Part shown: positions 23,808-36,740 of the stretch, piece after piece
Layout: every line of letters starts with the position of its first letter
Numbering within the stretch: the first letter of the stretch is position 1
Source of the DNA: Octopus sinensis
Taxonomy: Eukaryota
Length of the DNA: 64,000 bases
NCBI RefSeq assembly: GCF_006345805.1
Contig: NC_043006.1
Span: 101,370,001 to 101,434,000 of the forward strand
Reading direction: 5' to 3'
Notes under the pieces: model-generated
Seen by the model: the letters and a program-made list of their open reading frames with translations, nothing else
Databases searched by the model: none
What the model was told of the DNA's origin: nothing
Program-made: the position numbers and the translations under genes

Positions 23808-24020
23808 TCAGCTGGCAAAATCGTGAGCATGCCGAACAAAATGCTTAGCAGCATTTTGTTTGTCTTTACGTTCTGAGTTCAAATTCTGCTGAAATCGACA
23901 TTGCCTTTCATTCTTCCTGGGTTGATAAAATAAATACCAGTCGATCACTAGAGTCAATGTAATTGACTTACCCCTTTTCCCATAATTGCTGGCCTTGTGC
24001 CAAAATTTTAAACCAATATT
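23808..24020 (+). mobile_element. Deu/Nin-like tRNA SINE
   Basis: AGCTGGCAAAATCGTGAGC..GAGTTCAAATTC..GCCTTTCATTC..GGCCTTGTGCC. Confidence 0.8.
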
Positions 24021-25429
24021 ACTTTTTTTATTTTAAAAATCAAACAAAATCAACTGTGAAATTTCTGCATTCAGCTTTTATTTCCTGGCTTTTACATGTC
24101 GAGACCAACTTAAATTACTTCTGGTAGAACCAATAATTTACTTGTTCTTGAATATTGTTAAGACATCAGCCTAATCCTTAGTGATCACCTTGTTACACAA
24201 TCAGCCAATATGATACATCTCATTTGTTCATTCACTCATTGCTGGCCACTAGTTTCAACTAACTGCCCAATTTTTAATGTCATACATGTTTTAGCTTTCT
24301 AAACTAGTCTTGGTTACTGCTTAGTCTTGTTATTATGTCAATACCACTCTCAATCACCTTTCTTCATTTGCAGACGTGAATAATCCAGTATTTTTGACTA
24401 GCTTTCTTGTATTATTTATATTCTAGGTTGCGCTATCTATATCAATAAAACCTCTTGCCACATAATTACATTTTGATGTTATTGTTAATCATTATGGTTT
24501 ATTGTCTAGACGATTTTCAAACCTAATTTTCACCAGTATCGTGTCTTATCACCTTTACTTCTACTTACTAGTAGTACTACAAACATTTGAATGCATTTCT
24601 TTTTTAAATGCTTCTAGATAAAATAGAAATGTATTTTATGTGTTCACATACATTACTTTTTTTTTTTTGTGATAAATTTTGTTTGAAATTTTAAAAATTC
24701 ATATGCCCTTACCATTATATACTGTGACAGTTGGAGAAATTGTATGCCAAAGATTTTAGACTTACCACTTTAGTAAATAGAGGTTTGTTTTTCTCATTCC
24801 CAAATTTTTATTACTGCTCAGGTGGCTGCATCAATATTAAATATGCATACGTTTAATTTAGCAGCATTTCATTTGAGAAAATACTGGTACACATACCTTT
24901 ATTTAAAAAAAAATTTATCGTTATAAAATATGGGATAATGGTGAAACAATTAACCTTTGCTATTCATAATTGAAAATAAATGTTAAAATTCAGTCTCTAC
25001 CAGACTAAGCATGGCTATCTTACATTCAACTCAACACTTGTTCACTCTTCACTGAAGTTGTTACAATATTAGATAAGTGACTTTGTATGTTTCTCTCTGA
25101 TTTCATTAAGATTTCTTCACTGAAAAATTAAAGTTAAGTGATGTTATTAGAACGACTAAGAGGACATTGATTTTGATGCAAAAGGTAGCTATTGATTTCA
25201 AGATCAAACCATGTCAGTTGACTGTATCTTTTTACTTATTCTGGGGATAAGTAAAACGTAAAATACAAGAGTTGATTCAATTGACAGTACTTCTTTTCAA
25301 GGGCTTTTAAAAGTCAGAAAAGAAACAACTGTGATACTTTGTATAAATTTTAAAAAATAAATCTTTCAGCTGTGGATATTTTTGGAATAACTACTGTTTT
25401 AGAACAGAGACTGTCATTATGGAATGAAC

Positions 25430-25610
25430 TGGTTCAATGATTTTGGGCATTCTCATGCAATGTCGTCCTTATTTGTAGAATGCAAATAGTAAATCCTTGA
25501 CTATAGTTTATCAAAATCTCTAGATTCACTCCGTGTAATGTTAAATCTCTTTCACTTCTGAATTTAAGACTGTTTTGAGCATGGTGAAAACCATGCTGGC
25601 TAAAGAACAT
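25430..25610 (-). pseudogene. Possible CR1-type RT relic
   Basis: Minus ORF contains SQHGF followed by weak similarity to RT domain 2-3; low support. Confidence 0.3.
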
Positions 25611-25671
25611 TTGTATATTTCTATGTGTCCATAATTCAGTTATATTGATTTTGTATAAATACAATAAATAA

Positions 25672-25825
25672 GAGCAGGCATGGCTGTGTGATTAAGAAGT
25701 TCACTTTACAACCATGTGCTTCAGGTTCAATCCCACTCTGCAACACTTTGGCTAAGTGACTTCTAGTATGATTCCTGGTTGAGTAATGCCGAATGAGTTG
25801 GAACTGGTCGATAGAAACTATGAGA
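25672..25825 (+). mobile_element. Degenerate CORE-type SINE head
   Basis: GGCATGGCTGTGTG..AACCATGTG..GGTTCAATCCCACT..TTTGGCTAAGTG. Confidence 0.65.
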
Positions 25826-26069
25826 AACATGTTGTTTATTTGCTTTTAAATCCATTTTTGCCATACTAGCTTTGGTTAGATGAATGCATTGTGGAGGTAC
25901 TGTCCCACAGCTGCATGCTCTTCCTGTTGTTAAACTGTATCTGATTTTCAAGTAAGAGATTTCTTATTTCATGTTTTGAAAGGCATGAAGTGAATGTGCA
26001 ATTTGTTGACATGAGTGATAACACCCTCACCACTTGCAGTGAGTGACTTTCGTACAGCTCAAATTAAAA

Positions 26070-26260
26070 GTAAACACACACATATACAATAGATTTCTTT
26101 CAGTTTCCATCTACCAAAACAACACACAAAGCTTTTGTTAACATTGGTCCATGGTAGAAGACATTTACTCAAGGTACTATGCACAAGGACTGCACTTGGA
26201 ACCATGTGGTTGGGAAGCAGACTTTCTAATTGTGCAACCATGTGCTTATACGCAGATGCC
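26070..26260 (-). mobile_element. Degenerate CORE-type SINE head
   Basis: TTTCAGTTTCCATCTACCAAA..GGAACCATGTGGTTGGGAAGC. Confidence 0.7.
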
Positions 26261-26824
26261 CACTGAAATGTTGACATCCTACTGCTTTGCTTTTCACCAT
26301 CTGAATGAAATGGTGATTTGATGTTTATGTTCCATCCTGACATTACAACAAATCACTGTGTGCTTTTGAAGACCAGCATGATAAAAATCTGTTTCTTGGA
26401 AAATAGATAAGGTTGGCGATAGGAAGAGCATCCATTTTTTAAGTATGGCCTCAAATAAGTCCCTGTCCAACATGTTACATGTGATTATTTTCTTGGCCTG
26501 ATGAGAAACAGAGCCTAGGCTGGTAAGCTGAACACACCAAGTTGACACTGGAAAAAGTGTGATTGCATGTTGCATTTAAAATGTAGATCCTGCCACCATG
26601 GAATGGGGAAAAATCATGTAAAAAAAGATGTTAAATAAACAAATCAATAGTTCCATTCACTCTTAATTCTATGCATTAATTCTATGACATAATTACTCGG
26701 AATTCATTGAATATATTATATATTCCTTGTTACTTCCTGAAATGGTTTCCTTCCTCATATTTTTCTTATATATTGCTGTCACACTACTGCACTATGTTTC
26801 CAACATTTGCAGCATCTTTTTGTT

Positions 26825-27205
26825 TTCTCTTTTCCCCTTGTTTCAGTCATACTGTGGTCATGCTGGGGCACCACCTTGATAAGTTTCATCAGACAAATTG
26901 ACCCCAGTTCTTATTTTTTAAACCTGGTACTTATTCTATTGGTCACTTTTGCGGAACTGCTAAGTTACTGGGACATAAACAAAGCAACACCAGTTGTCAA
27001 GCGGTGATGGGAGACAAATACATACAAAGATACACACACAAACGCACACACATTAAAAAATTTCTTTCGGTTTCTGTCTGTCAAATCCACTCACAAGGTT
27101 TTGGTTGGCCTGAGGCTATAGAAGACACTTACCTAAATTACCATATAGTGGGACTGAACCTGGGACCATGTGGTTGAGAAATAAACTTCTTACCATACAG
27201 ACATG
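26825..27205 (-). mobile_element. Full-length older CORE-type SINE
   Basis: Both modules present in reverse (TTGTTTCAGTCA.. and ..GGGACTGAACCTGGGACCATGTGG). Confidence 0.85.
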
Positions 27206-27315
27206 CCTCTGCCTATGTACAGCATGTACAGCTATTTTATTGACAGGTATTTAAATTAATGCAACCTATTTACACATTTAGTACAAACTAATTTTCAGTT
27301 AGATGTACTCATTAA

Positions 27316-27517
27316 CCTTTCTGATATCACCCACCTTGAACCACCCCTAGCTAATGATACAATCTTCCTTTTATAAAATGATCTAGGTTAAAATCCCTCA
27401 TCAATATTTCCTGTTAATTTATGTTCCAAACATCAGCTTGATAACAACAATGTTATTTTACTAAATTCTTCATTATTTTCAGAATTAGATGAGACAGGTA
27501 ATATGGTAATGAAAAGG
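27316..27517 (-). mobile_element. piggyBac-type MITE
   Basis: TTAA on both sides; CCTTT/AAAGG termini; internal GAATTTAGTAAAATAAC and GGAACATAAA shared with 28441-28662 in reverse. Confidence 0.75.
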
Positions 27518-27622
27518 TTAACGAGGACCATTTCATAACTTGTGAAAGCCTACAACTCCTATATTCCTAGCTTAGAGCTAGCTCTAGGGATAAAACCTGC
27601 ATTTGACACACCCGAACTCTCT

Positions 27623-28043
27623 CTCTTTTACTCTTTTACTTTTTTCAGTCATTTGACTGTGGCCATGCTGGAGCACCGCCTTTAGTCGAGCAAATCGACC
27701 CCGGGACTTATTCTTTGTAAGCCCAGTACTTATTCTATCGGTCTCTTTTGCCGAACCGCTAGGTGACGGGGACGTAAACACACCAGCATCGGTTGTCAAG
27801 CAATGCTAGGAGGACAAACACAGACACACAAATATACACACACATACACACATATATATATATATATATATATACATATATACACGACAGGCTTCTTTCA
27901 GTTTCCATCTACCAAATCCACTCACAAGGCTTTGGTCGGCCCGGGGCTATAGCAGAAGACACTTGCCCAAGATGCCATGCAGTGAGACTGAACCCGGAAC
28001 CATGTAGTTGGTTAGCAAGCTACTTACCACACAGCCACTCCTG
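27623..28043 (-). mobile_element. Full-length young CORE-type SINE
   Basis: Near-identical to 5932-6334 and 41257-41692. Confidence 0.92.
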
Positions 28044-28186
28044 TTTGTTGTTTATTTGTAATTCTTATGTGCATGGAATTAGATTTGATATGAAATGAAA
28101 TAAATACATCTTGTTGAACACTAGTCAGAGTTAACTAATTATGTTTTTAAATTTAAATCTGAAATTTTGAGAGAGGAGGTAAATTG

Positions 28187-28348
28187 ATTACATCAATCCC
28201 AGTGTTCAACTGGTGCTTGATTAACCGACCCTGAAAATATGCAAGGCAAAGTCAAGCTTGGCAGAATTTGAACTCAGGATGTAAAGATGGATGAAATGCC
28301 ACAAAACATTTTGCTTGATGTGCCAATAATTCTGTCAGCTTGCTGCCC
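28187..28348 (-). mobile_element. Deu/Nin-like tRNA SINE
   Basis: GGCAAAGTCAAGCTTGGCAGAATTTGAACTCAG..TCTGTCAGCTTGC. Confidence 0.75.
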
Positions 28349-28440
28349 TAGGGTTAACTGATAATGATATCAATAATAAGATTATGCCTTTCCAACAGAA
28401 ATTTAAGGAATATTCTGTTTTGTCACATTTACCATATTAA

Positions 28441-28662
28441 CCCTTTCATTACCATATTTATTTTGAGATGCTCTGTGTTTCTTTCAATTAATTTTAAATA
28501 CAACAAAGAATTTAGTAAAATAACTTAGTTATCATTAAGCTGGTGTTAGGAACATAAACTGTGACTAAGGTTTGGTGGAAGATTTTAATTCCGAACTTTT
28601 GAAAACAAGTCATTTTTACTACAGAGCCAGAAGCGGTTTCAGCCAGGTTGGTATCAAAAGGG
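28441..28662 (+). mobile_element. piggyBac-type MITE (222 bp)
   Basis: TTAA|CCCTTTCATTACCA ... TGGTATCAAAAGGG|TTAA: TTAA TSD and 14-bp imperfect TIR starting CCC. Confidence 0.88.
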
Positions 28663-28819
28663 TTAAACTAATTAACTAAACTTAACAGCATAATACATTG
28701 CAAAGAATTTCTTTCCTCTCAAGAAATTTAAATAATTTCTGAAAGTCGCTTATTAGAAACATGCACCTTGTCACTTATTGTACTTAGAACTCAAGGGAGT
28801 GAATTATTCATGTATATAA

Positions 28820-28985
28820 GGTGCAGATATAGCTGTGTGATTAAGGTTTGCTTCTCAACCATGTGATTTCTGGTTCAGTCCCACTATGTAACACTTTGGA
28901 CAAATGTTTATATTGTAGTTGACCAATGACTTGTGAGGGAATCTGGTAAATGACCAGTATGAAGCCTGTTGTGTGTGTGTGTGTA
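28820..28985 (+). mobile_element. Degenerate CORE-type SINE head
   Basis: GCTGTGTGATTAAG..GGTTCAGTCCCACT..GAAGCCTGTTG(TG)n. Confidence 0.7.
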
Positions 28986-29454
28986 TGAATGCTTCCAGTC
29001 TTAGTGGTGTCACCATTTGATGATGACTACAAATGGTGACATTTGTTAACATTACCAGTCACCAAATCAATTATCCATAGGCTCTGTGCTTTTGAGTTCC
29101 TCTGGAATATAAACATTTCCTTACATGCAAAAGCAGGTAGAAGTTGGTAGCAGAAAGAGCATCCATCCATATAAACCTAACCTCAAATAACTCTCTGCTT
29201 AAACCCATCATAGCATGGTAAAACGGATGTTAAAAGAATGAATAAATATAAAGTCAATATATCTTTTAGGAAATATTTGAATATTTCTGCCATTACAACC
29301 CACTCGAGTATTTTAACTATTTGTAGTCTACCTCAGTTGTTTCTGTTATGTGTCTTATGACTTGGATTATCCTGCTGTTTGTAAACTACCTTCAGTTTAC
29401 TTGCATTATTTCAGTCCTTACCTATTGGATGTTTTCAATATTGTGACGTATAGG

Positions 29455-29660
29455 GTGGAAACGTTTGCAATCCGGGCGAAATGCTTAGTGGTATTTTGTC
29501 TGTCTTTACATCCTGAGTTCAAATTCCGCCGAGGTTGACTTTGCCTTTCATCCTTTAGGGGTCGATAAATTAAGTGCCAGTTGTGTACTGGCATTAATCT
29601 AATTGACTGGCCCCCTCCCCCAAAATTTCAGGCCTTGTACCTAGAGTAGAAAATAATATT
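29455..29660 (+). mobile_element. Deu/Nin-like tRNA SINE
   Basis: GAGTTCAAATTCCGCCGAGGTTGACTTTGCCTTTCATCCTTTAGGGGTCGATAAATTAAG. Confidence 0.85.
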
Positions 29661-31212
29661 TGTGATGTATGTTTTACTGGTTCAACACAATTTTGAATCT
29701 TAAAAGTTGATTGATATTGCAAATATTGCTTGATGTATATGAATCTGATGGGAAACGTTAATAATAATGTGTCCACAGCAGGTTCATTTTTCTTTTATTA
29801 TTGTCTGTAGTTACCTTTGTTAGTGTTTACTTTGTGAAATGGTTTTGAAAATTCTTTTAACAGTTGAAGATAAGATGCGTTTTTATTTTTTACTGCCTTT
29901 TTCTTTATATTTAATGTTATGATTTAAAAGAAAAAAGAACTTTCTTTTCATTTTATCATTAATATTTTATTATGTCAAGTTATTTTCCAAAATTAAAATG
30001 GAATATTTATGACATTTTCAAGCTTGGAAATTATTTTAACAAACTGCAGGCCACATACAGGAAATAGAATGTCATAGAAATTTAGTCAATCATTAATTTT
30101 TTAGATTTTCCGCATTAAATCTATGGCATCCATTGAAATTTAAATGTGGACATTCACGAAATGCATAATTATAAACTATTGTTATTTTGATATCTTCCTT
30201 TTCTATCTCCAAAATAATTTAGTTCCAATTAAGTTGCAGAACTTATTTGTTTGAAAGTAATTATTTATATTTATGTATTTATTTCAATAGCAGTCATTTA
30301 TTTTCCAATTTCTTTCTGCCTTTCACTTTTATGTCTTTCAAAACCACATGAAAAATTATTAAAATTGCCTCTGGTATAGTCTGCTTTCAGTTGAAATGTG
30401 AAACATTGTATTCTTTGGGTTTCTACTCTCACACAGCAGAGCTTCCTACACGTGTATTTCAAATAAATGAAACATTCCAAATAATTACGCTGATATAATA
30501 GTTTGACTTGATGTGTTGGAGCTTGCTCCTCCAATGCAAAAATTATCTAATTGGTTAGAAAAGACATCTCTCCTAGGATGAAGAGAAGCTCTGTTGCACG
30601 GTTGTTACCCAGGTACTGATTTGAACTTTGAGCAGTGGATCACAAAACTGTTGCATTAGTAATCAAATCCCTTTTGCTTGATATGATAATTATTTTATTG
30701 GAAAGAAAATCTGAAATGTTCTAGGTGTGAATGGAAGTAGAAAATCAGTCATTGCACTTGTAACTATCAATTTTGCTGCTCATTCATCAACCTCAACTCA
30801 ATTGCTCCTTAAAAGATTAATCAAAAAAAAAAAAGAAAAAAAGGTAAAATTTCGTGAGAGTACTTAAGACATATTAGACATCAATTAAAAAAAGTTATGG
30901 CATTTCATGCTTTTCTTTTTAGCTGAGATTAAAAAGAAAAAAAAGTTGAATGATATTAAGCAGACTTAATATTTTAAATCTATTAAAATATTTCAAATTT
31001 GATTGGAAGAGATATTATTGAAAAAGGTAAAAAAAGAAAAGAATGAATGGGAAGTTGTCATGTCCATACCTTTTCTAAATTCAAGGGATTGCAGTGTAAA
31101 GTCAGTAGAGTTTAAAACACTTTCTAAATAACATGTAGATAGATGTAAGTAATTTTACAGACTGCATATAAATAAATAAAATAGAAGTAAAAATTTTTAA
31201 ATCAACCTTAAG

Positions 31213-31632
31213 TAGGTGTTGGTACGGCTGTGTGGTATGAAGCTTGCTTTCCAACCACATGGTTCCAGGTTCAGTCCCACTGTGTCGCACCTTGGGCAAG
31301 TGTCTTCTACTATAGCCTTGGGCTGACCAAAGCCTTGTGAGTAGATTTGGTAGACAGACACTGAAAGAAGCCCATTATATATCTGTGTATACACACACAA
31401 ACGTGTGTGTGTGTGTATGCATGTCTGTCTGTGTTTGTGCCCCCATCACTGCTTGACAACCAGTGTTGATGTGTTTACATCCCTGTAACTTAGTCGTTCG
31501 ACAAAAGAGACCAATAAAATAAGTACTATACTTAAAAATAAGTCCTGGGGTCAATTTGTTTGACTAAAACCCTTTCAAGGCAGTGCTCCAGCATGGCTGC
31601 AGTCAAATGACTGAAACAAATAAAAGAATAAA
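31213..31632 (+). mobile_element. Full-length CORE-type SINE
   Basis: Head, CORE-like segment, microsatellite and 3' module all present. Confidence 0.9.
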
Positions 31633-32384
31633 ATAGTTTTTAAACTATTCTACTGTTTTGAAAAAGCCATGCAAACTAAAAGTGTCTGATAAAATTTTGG
31701 GTGACAAAACGCATTTTAGTATCGAGTCTTTGGGTCGGATTTTCATTACTCTAATTAAAATAACTATGTATTATACTTATTTAAGTCATTTGTATATATT
31801 ATATACTCTGGGATGTGGGATACCGTGGTCTTAGAAAAATCTAAAATCAAATTTAATGATCGTAAGTGTAGTTGGGCTCTGTAAGTATATAGACTTACTC
31901 AGCCCCCTCTGTAACCCTGTCTACAGAATTCTCTGTGAATGTCTGCATAAATGACTGGATAAATCAGAATTTTAAACCTGTTTTAATCAAGAGATAGTGT
32001 TGCTGCTATTTTTCTAAGTGGTTCATTTTTTTTTTTATTTAATTTTCATCAGTTTCCAAACTCATATCTTTTTTTGTATTTTGCCTGTCTCTTTTATAAT
32101 GCACTTACCATATTTATTGTTCTTGTTTTATTTATCACCATTATTGTTTGATTTTTATATACTACATTTTACTCCTTGGCACACATTTTAAAACACATTA
32201 ACAACATACTTATGAGCTTAAGTGCAAGCTCCTGAAAAGAAAATGTCACTTTTGAAGCTGAGTGAATTTGTGTGGATGAATCAAATCGTTAGTGAACTGA
32301 ATCCATCATTTGCCGTTTTTTTCTCTCTATTCTTTCATTCTTTTATTTTCTTTTATTCTACATCCACTTTTCTATTCTGTGGGT

Positions 32385-32567
32385 ATCTTTTATCTTTTAC
32401 TTGTTTCAATCATTAGACTGTAGCCATGCTGGGGTACTGCTTTGAAGAATTTTAGTTGGAAAGCCTGGTACTTATTCTATTGATCTCTTTTGCTGAAACA
32501 CTAAGTTACAGGGACGTAAACACACTGACAAGGGTTGTCAAGTGGCGGTGGGACAAAGACACACATT

Positions 32568-32601
<34 letters not shown>

Positions 32602-32826
32602 AGAGTATGTATGTATGTAAGTATTTATCTGTCTATCTAAATATACATACATACCTACATACATACATTGGGCTTCTTTCAGTGTCCATCTGCCAGATCC
32701 ACCCACAAGGCTTTGGTTGGCCCGGGGCTATAGCAGAAGATACTTGCCCAAAGTGCCACACAGTGGACTGAACCCAGAACCACGTAGTTACGAAGCAAGC
32801 TTCTTACCACACAGCCACACCTGCCC
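32385..32826 (-). mobile_element. Full-length CORE-type SINE
   Basis: Both modules in reverse around a TG/TA microsatellite. Confidence 0.88.
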
Positions 32827-33718
32827 CTATATATTATTAACTTTTTGAAGTTTATATTTAATGAGTAATTGCATTCTCTCCTGCAAACAACTAAGTCATA
32901 AATTAGAAATAAAACATAATGTTTTAATCAAGATAAACTAATGCATGGTTGAAGGCCACAACACGGATGGCTGTTGTAGGATTTGAACTATTGAGCTAGT
33001 ATTCAATGACTTCATCTCCTTTGTACTATTACCTTTTCTTGTAGTATAAATCCACACATTCACATATACACAAGTCTTTTTATTCAGCCTTGCTCTGGAT
33101 TTTAGCTATTGTAGATATATATTTGTTTCTATCTCTCTATATATATATTTGACGTTGTTTATCTGGAGAATTTATGCTGCCGTTTTGAGTTTTCAACGGA
33201 AATGGAATGTCTTCTTCAGATTTGTGCTTAAATAAAACTGTGTATCCTTCAAGGCTTTACTTCAGTTAAAGGACGTTCTTGAGGGGAATTAGCAGTTGTT
33301 ATTGCCATGAATGTAACAATCAAATCCAAAGTTCCAGTCTTTGAATAATGTGTCAATAACATTGTATATGGTATGGGAATGTCTTTAGTAACAGAGGGGA
33401 AAGGTAAATGAAAATTCACATCTTATTTCTCCACCACATAATTCTTTACTCTTTCTTATGAGTTTCTTTTTTACATGTTGCTGCAGATGAATAATACCCG
33501 AGAGTTTAAAGCATCACAACTTGCTCCAATTGGCATGTTATCTATCGACAGTCATTGTCTTTGTGTACACATACACTCTTAAGTGAGTGTGTGTTTGTCT
33601 ACATATAAACTTACATACAAACACATATACACCTGTGAGTGTATGATTGTTTCACTTTCTTGCTATATATATATATTATGTATTATGTGTTGTGTGCTAT
33701 ATATTATGTGTGTGTGCG

Positions 33719-33758
<40 letters not shown>

Positions 33759-34479
33759 TGTAAAAGTATGGAATCAATAGGTGTTACCTATTGCTAGATT
33801 TTCCTGACCATGTCACTGAACGCAACAAGTGCAATAATGATTATGTCTATAGGTTATATTTTTGTGATTGCAATATACATTGGTCTTTAGTGTTTTAAAT
33901 CACACATTTGTATGAGAGTTCCCGATAAACTCTTTAATAAGAAATGTGCTGTTCTCTGATTGTGAAGTATGGTAAAAACTGAGACTGCTGTGACTTGGTA
34001 AGAAATTTATCCTTTCATGGCTATATTTATATGAGTAACGCAGCATCATCATCATCACCATCATCATCATCAGCAGCAGCAGATGATCACTCGGCTCATC
34101 CATCAATGAAGAGCACAGCTATCCGCGAAAGCAAGGGGGCCCAGCTGTGGTGATGATGATTCAATTGGAGTAGGCAATATGAAGCCATGTGTGCAAACTG
34201 GTAATGTCAATATTAAGCTGGTGTTTTGGACATAAAATGAAATTTTGATGCTTTCAATTTAGGTCACTTATAAAAACTTGGTATCATAGAACCAGTGGCT
34301 GTTTCAGGATTGTTGGCATCAAAGCATTTAATGCATTGTAAATTTGGTAGCTTGAGTGTTGGTAAGTTGAGGAAATGTCTATTTTTCTATAAATAAATAT
34401 ATCTGATCAACTTTGTTCTCTTACTGTTTTTCTCATTTATTAATGACTTTGTCTCTTTGTGCTTGGTTAGTCCACATTA

Positions 34480-34720
34480 TTCTCTAAGGAACACAGAGTA
34501 GGTTTCTTGGTTCCTCTAGCATATATATCATCCCCACTCTCTCAGATATGATGTTGATCCATAACAGGATTACTCGTTTTTATCAGTTGAGTGAACTGGG
34601 GTAACACAACATGAAGTGTATTGCTCAAGAACCCAATGTGTCTCCTGGTTTAGGAATTGAAACCACAATCTTAAAATCACCGATCCAACACTTTAATCAC
34701 TAAGCCATACACCTCCACCT
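34480..34720 (-). mobile_element. tRNA-derived SINE, possibly Meta-domain-like
   Basis: Minus strand GGAGGTGTATGGCTTAGTG..GGTTTCAATTCC..GTTCTTGAGCAATACACTT..CCAGTTCACTCAACTG; domain assignment from memory. Confidence 0.65.
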
Positions 34721-35039
34721 CTTTGTACTTGGTAAGATGTATGTAGGTAACATTCACTTTAAACAGCTGTAAGTCAGCAAGTCAATGTCTGCTGGAAAAA
34801 CATAAATATGTAGGGTGTTCTAGAACTTTGATGTTGGGGACAGGAAAGTTTAGACATAGTGTTTGGTCTAAGTGACAAGATAAGGAGAAAAGAGTGTTTT
34901 AGATTGGCTTGGTTGGGAGTGGTATGAAATTTAATTCTGTGGAGTCATCAGATGTAGATTAATTAACCCTCACCATTCCTTCAGCTTGGCTCCCAGAAGA
35001 TACATAAATTCCTGTAAACTATTATCATCATTACAATTA

Positions 35040-35255
35040 AGGTGCTGAGCTGGCAGAAATGTTAGCACTCTAGACAAAATACTTAGCAGCATTTCATCTG
35101 TCTTTCAATTCTGAGTTCAAACTCCACTGAGGTTGTACCTTGCCTTTCATCATTTCAGGTTCAATAAAATATGTACCAGTCGAGTATTGGAATCGATGTA
35201 ATTGATTATTTCCTTCTCCCAAAATTTCTGGCCTTGTGCCTATAGAAGAAATAAT
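35040..35255 (+). mobile_element. Deu/Nin-like tRNA SINE
   Basis: GAGCTGGCAGAAATGTTAGC..GAGTTCAAACTCC..GCCTTTCATC..GGCCTTGTGCC. Confidence 0.82.
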
Positions 35256-36419
35256 CATTAAAGATGATCGTTTTAAAACTTTCTCTTGTTTTCCAGGCTA
35301 GATTAAAATTTTATTGATAAAAGCAAGTATTCATGTTAAGTGTTAGTGTTTCTTATCAGAGAATAATGATAATTAAATTGTGTTGTAATGATTATCAAAT
35401 AGTATGCTTTGTCACACTTCTTAGATAAAAGTGGAGGTTTGAAGGACTTGAATTGAGCATGCTCTAACTCTTTATGCTTCCTTCTTTCTCTCATTGTTTT
35501 ATTTTATCTTGTATTTTCATGCCTAAGAATAAAGTAACATATGGTACATTGTTTGATAAAAAACAAACAAACAATTATTGATCATCATTCATTGCTATTG
35601 TTGATGATACATTTGTTGAGTAAAATAAAAAGGAAGCAAATAAATATATTTGAAATCTATTGAAAAATTTAATTCTTGGAATAGAAATTCAATAGAAATA
35701 GATAAGTACTGTAGACTGAAAGTATATGCTAATTTGTCTGTGTGTGAGAGAGATATCGGGTGACGTTAGTGTATTTAAAATCTATTTATGATAATCAGAC
35801 ACTAAGTTGTTTTTAAACTATTCACACATGCACAAAATAACAATAAATAAATAAATGAATAAAAATAAATAAATAAATAAGGCAAAACAGACTCAAAACT
35901 AAGAAAAATAAAATGAATGAAATAGTAAATATTTGCTAAATAATTAAATTATTCCTAGCAGGTGGTGATACTTATCTTTCGTCATAACATTTATTTTAGA
36001 TAGAAAAAGTCGGCTTTTTATAACCTTACTTTCATTAAAATACCAATTTATGCTTCAAACAATCACAAGTTTAAACTGAATATTTATAACAAATCTTTTG
36101 GCATTTTTCACTTTCTTTGTGCTCGTGTGTGTGTGTGTGTGTGCATGGATGCTTGTGTGTTTGTGCGTGAGGGTTAATGTGTTAAAAATAAAAAAATAAA
36201 AATTTTTTTAAATTTCAAAATTATCTACTTTTACAATATTGGAAGAAAAATGTGATGACAACAGATGTCATCAGAGACGAGACTTCCAGGAGAATGAGCA
36301 GTTGTCATATTTATGTTTCTCTTGTAAGCAGCTTGTGGAGCCATTAAAGCCATAACGGAAAACCAGGCTGCAGCTTCAAGTTGCTGAGAGTTTAAGTGTT
36401 TATGGATATGCATGGTTTT

Positions 36420-36660
36420 CTCTAGGCACATGTGTATGTGTGTGCCCACGCATATATTTATGTATGTATGTATCTGTATATCTATTTGTATATATATATA
36501 TGTGTGTGTATGTATGCATGTGTGTATATATATATATATGTATATATGTATGTATATATGTGTATATGTGTCTCTGTGTGTGTATATGTATGTGTGTATA
36601 TTTGTAGATATGTTTGTGTATGTGTGAGCATATGCATGTGTATATGTGTGTTTGTATATA

Positions 36661-36703
<43 letters not shown>

Positions 36704-36740
36704 GTATATATATGTATGTATATATATGTATATGTATGGT
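36420..36740. repeat. Compound (TA)/(TG) microsatellite
   Basis: Alternating purine-pyrimidine tract of about 320 bp. Confidence 0.9.
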
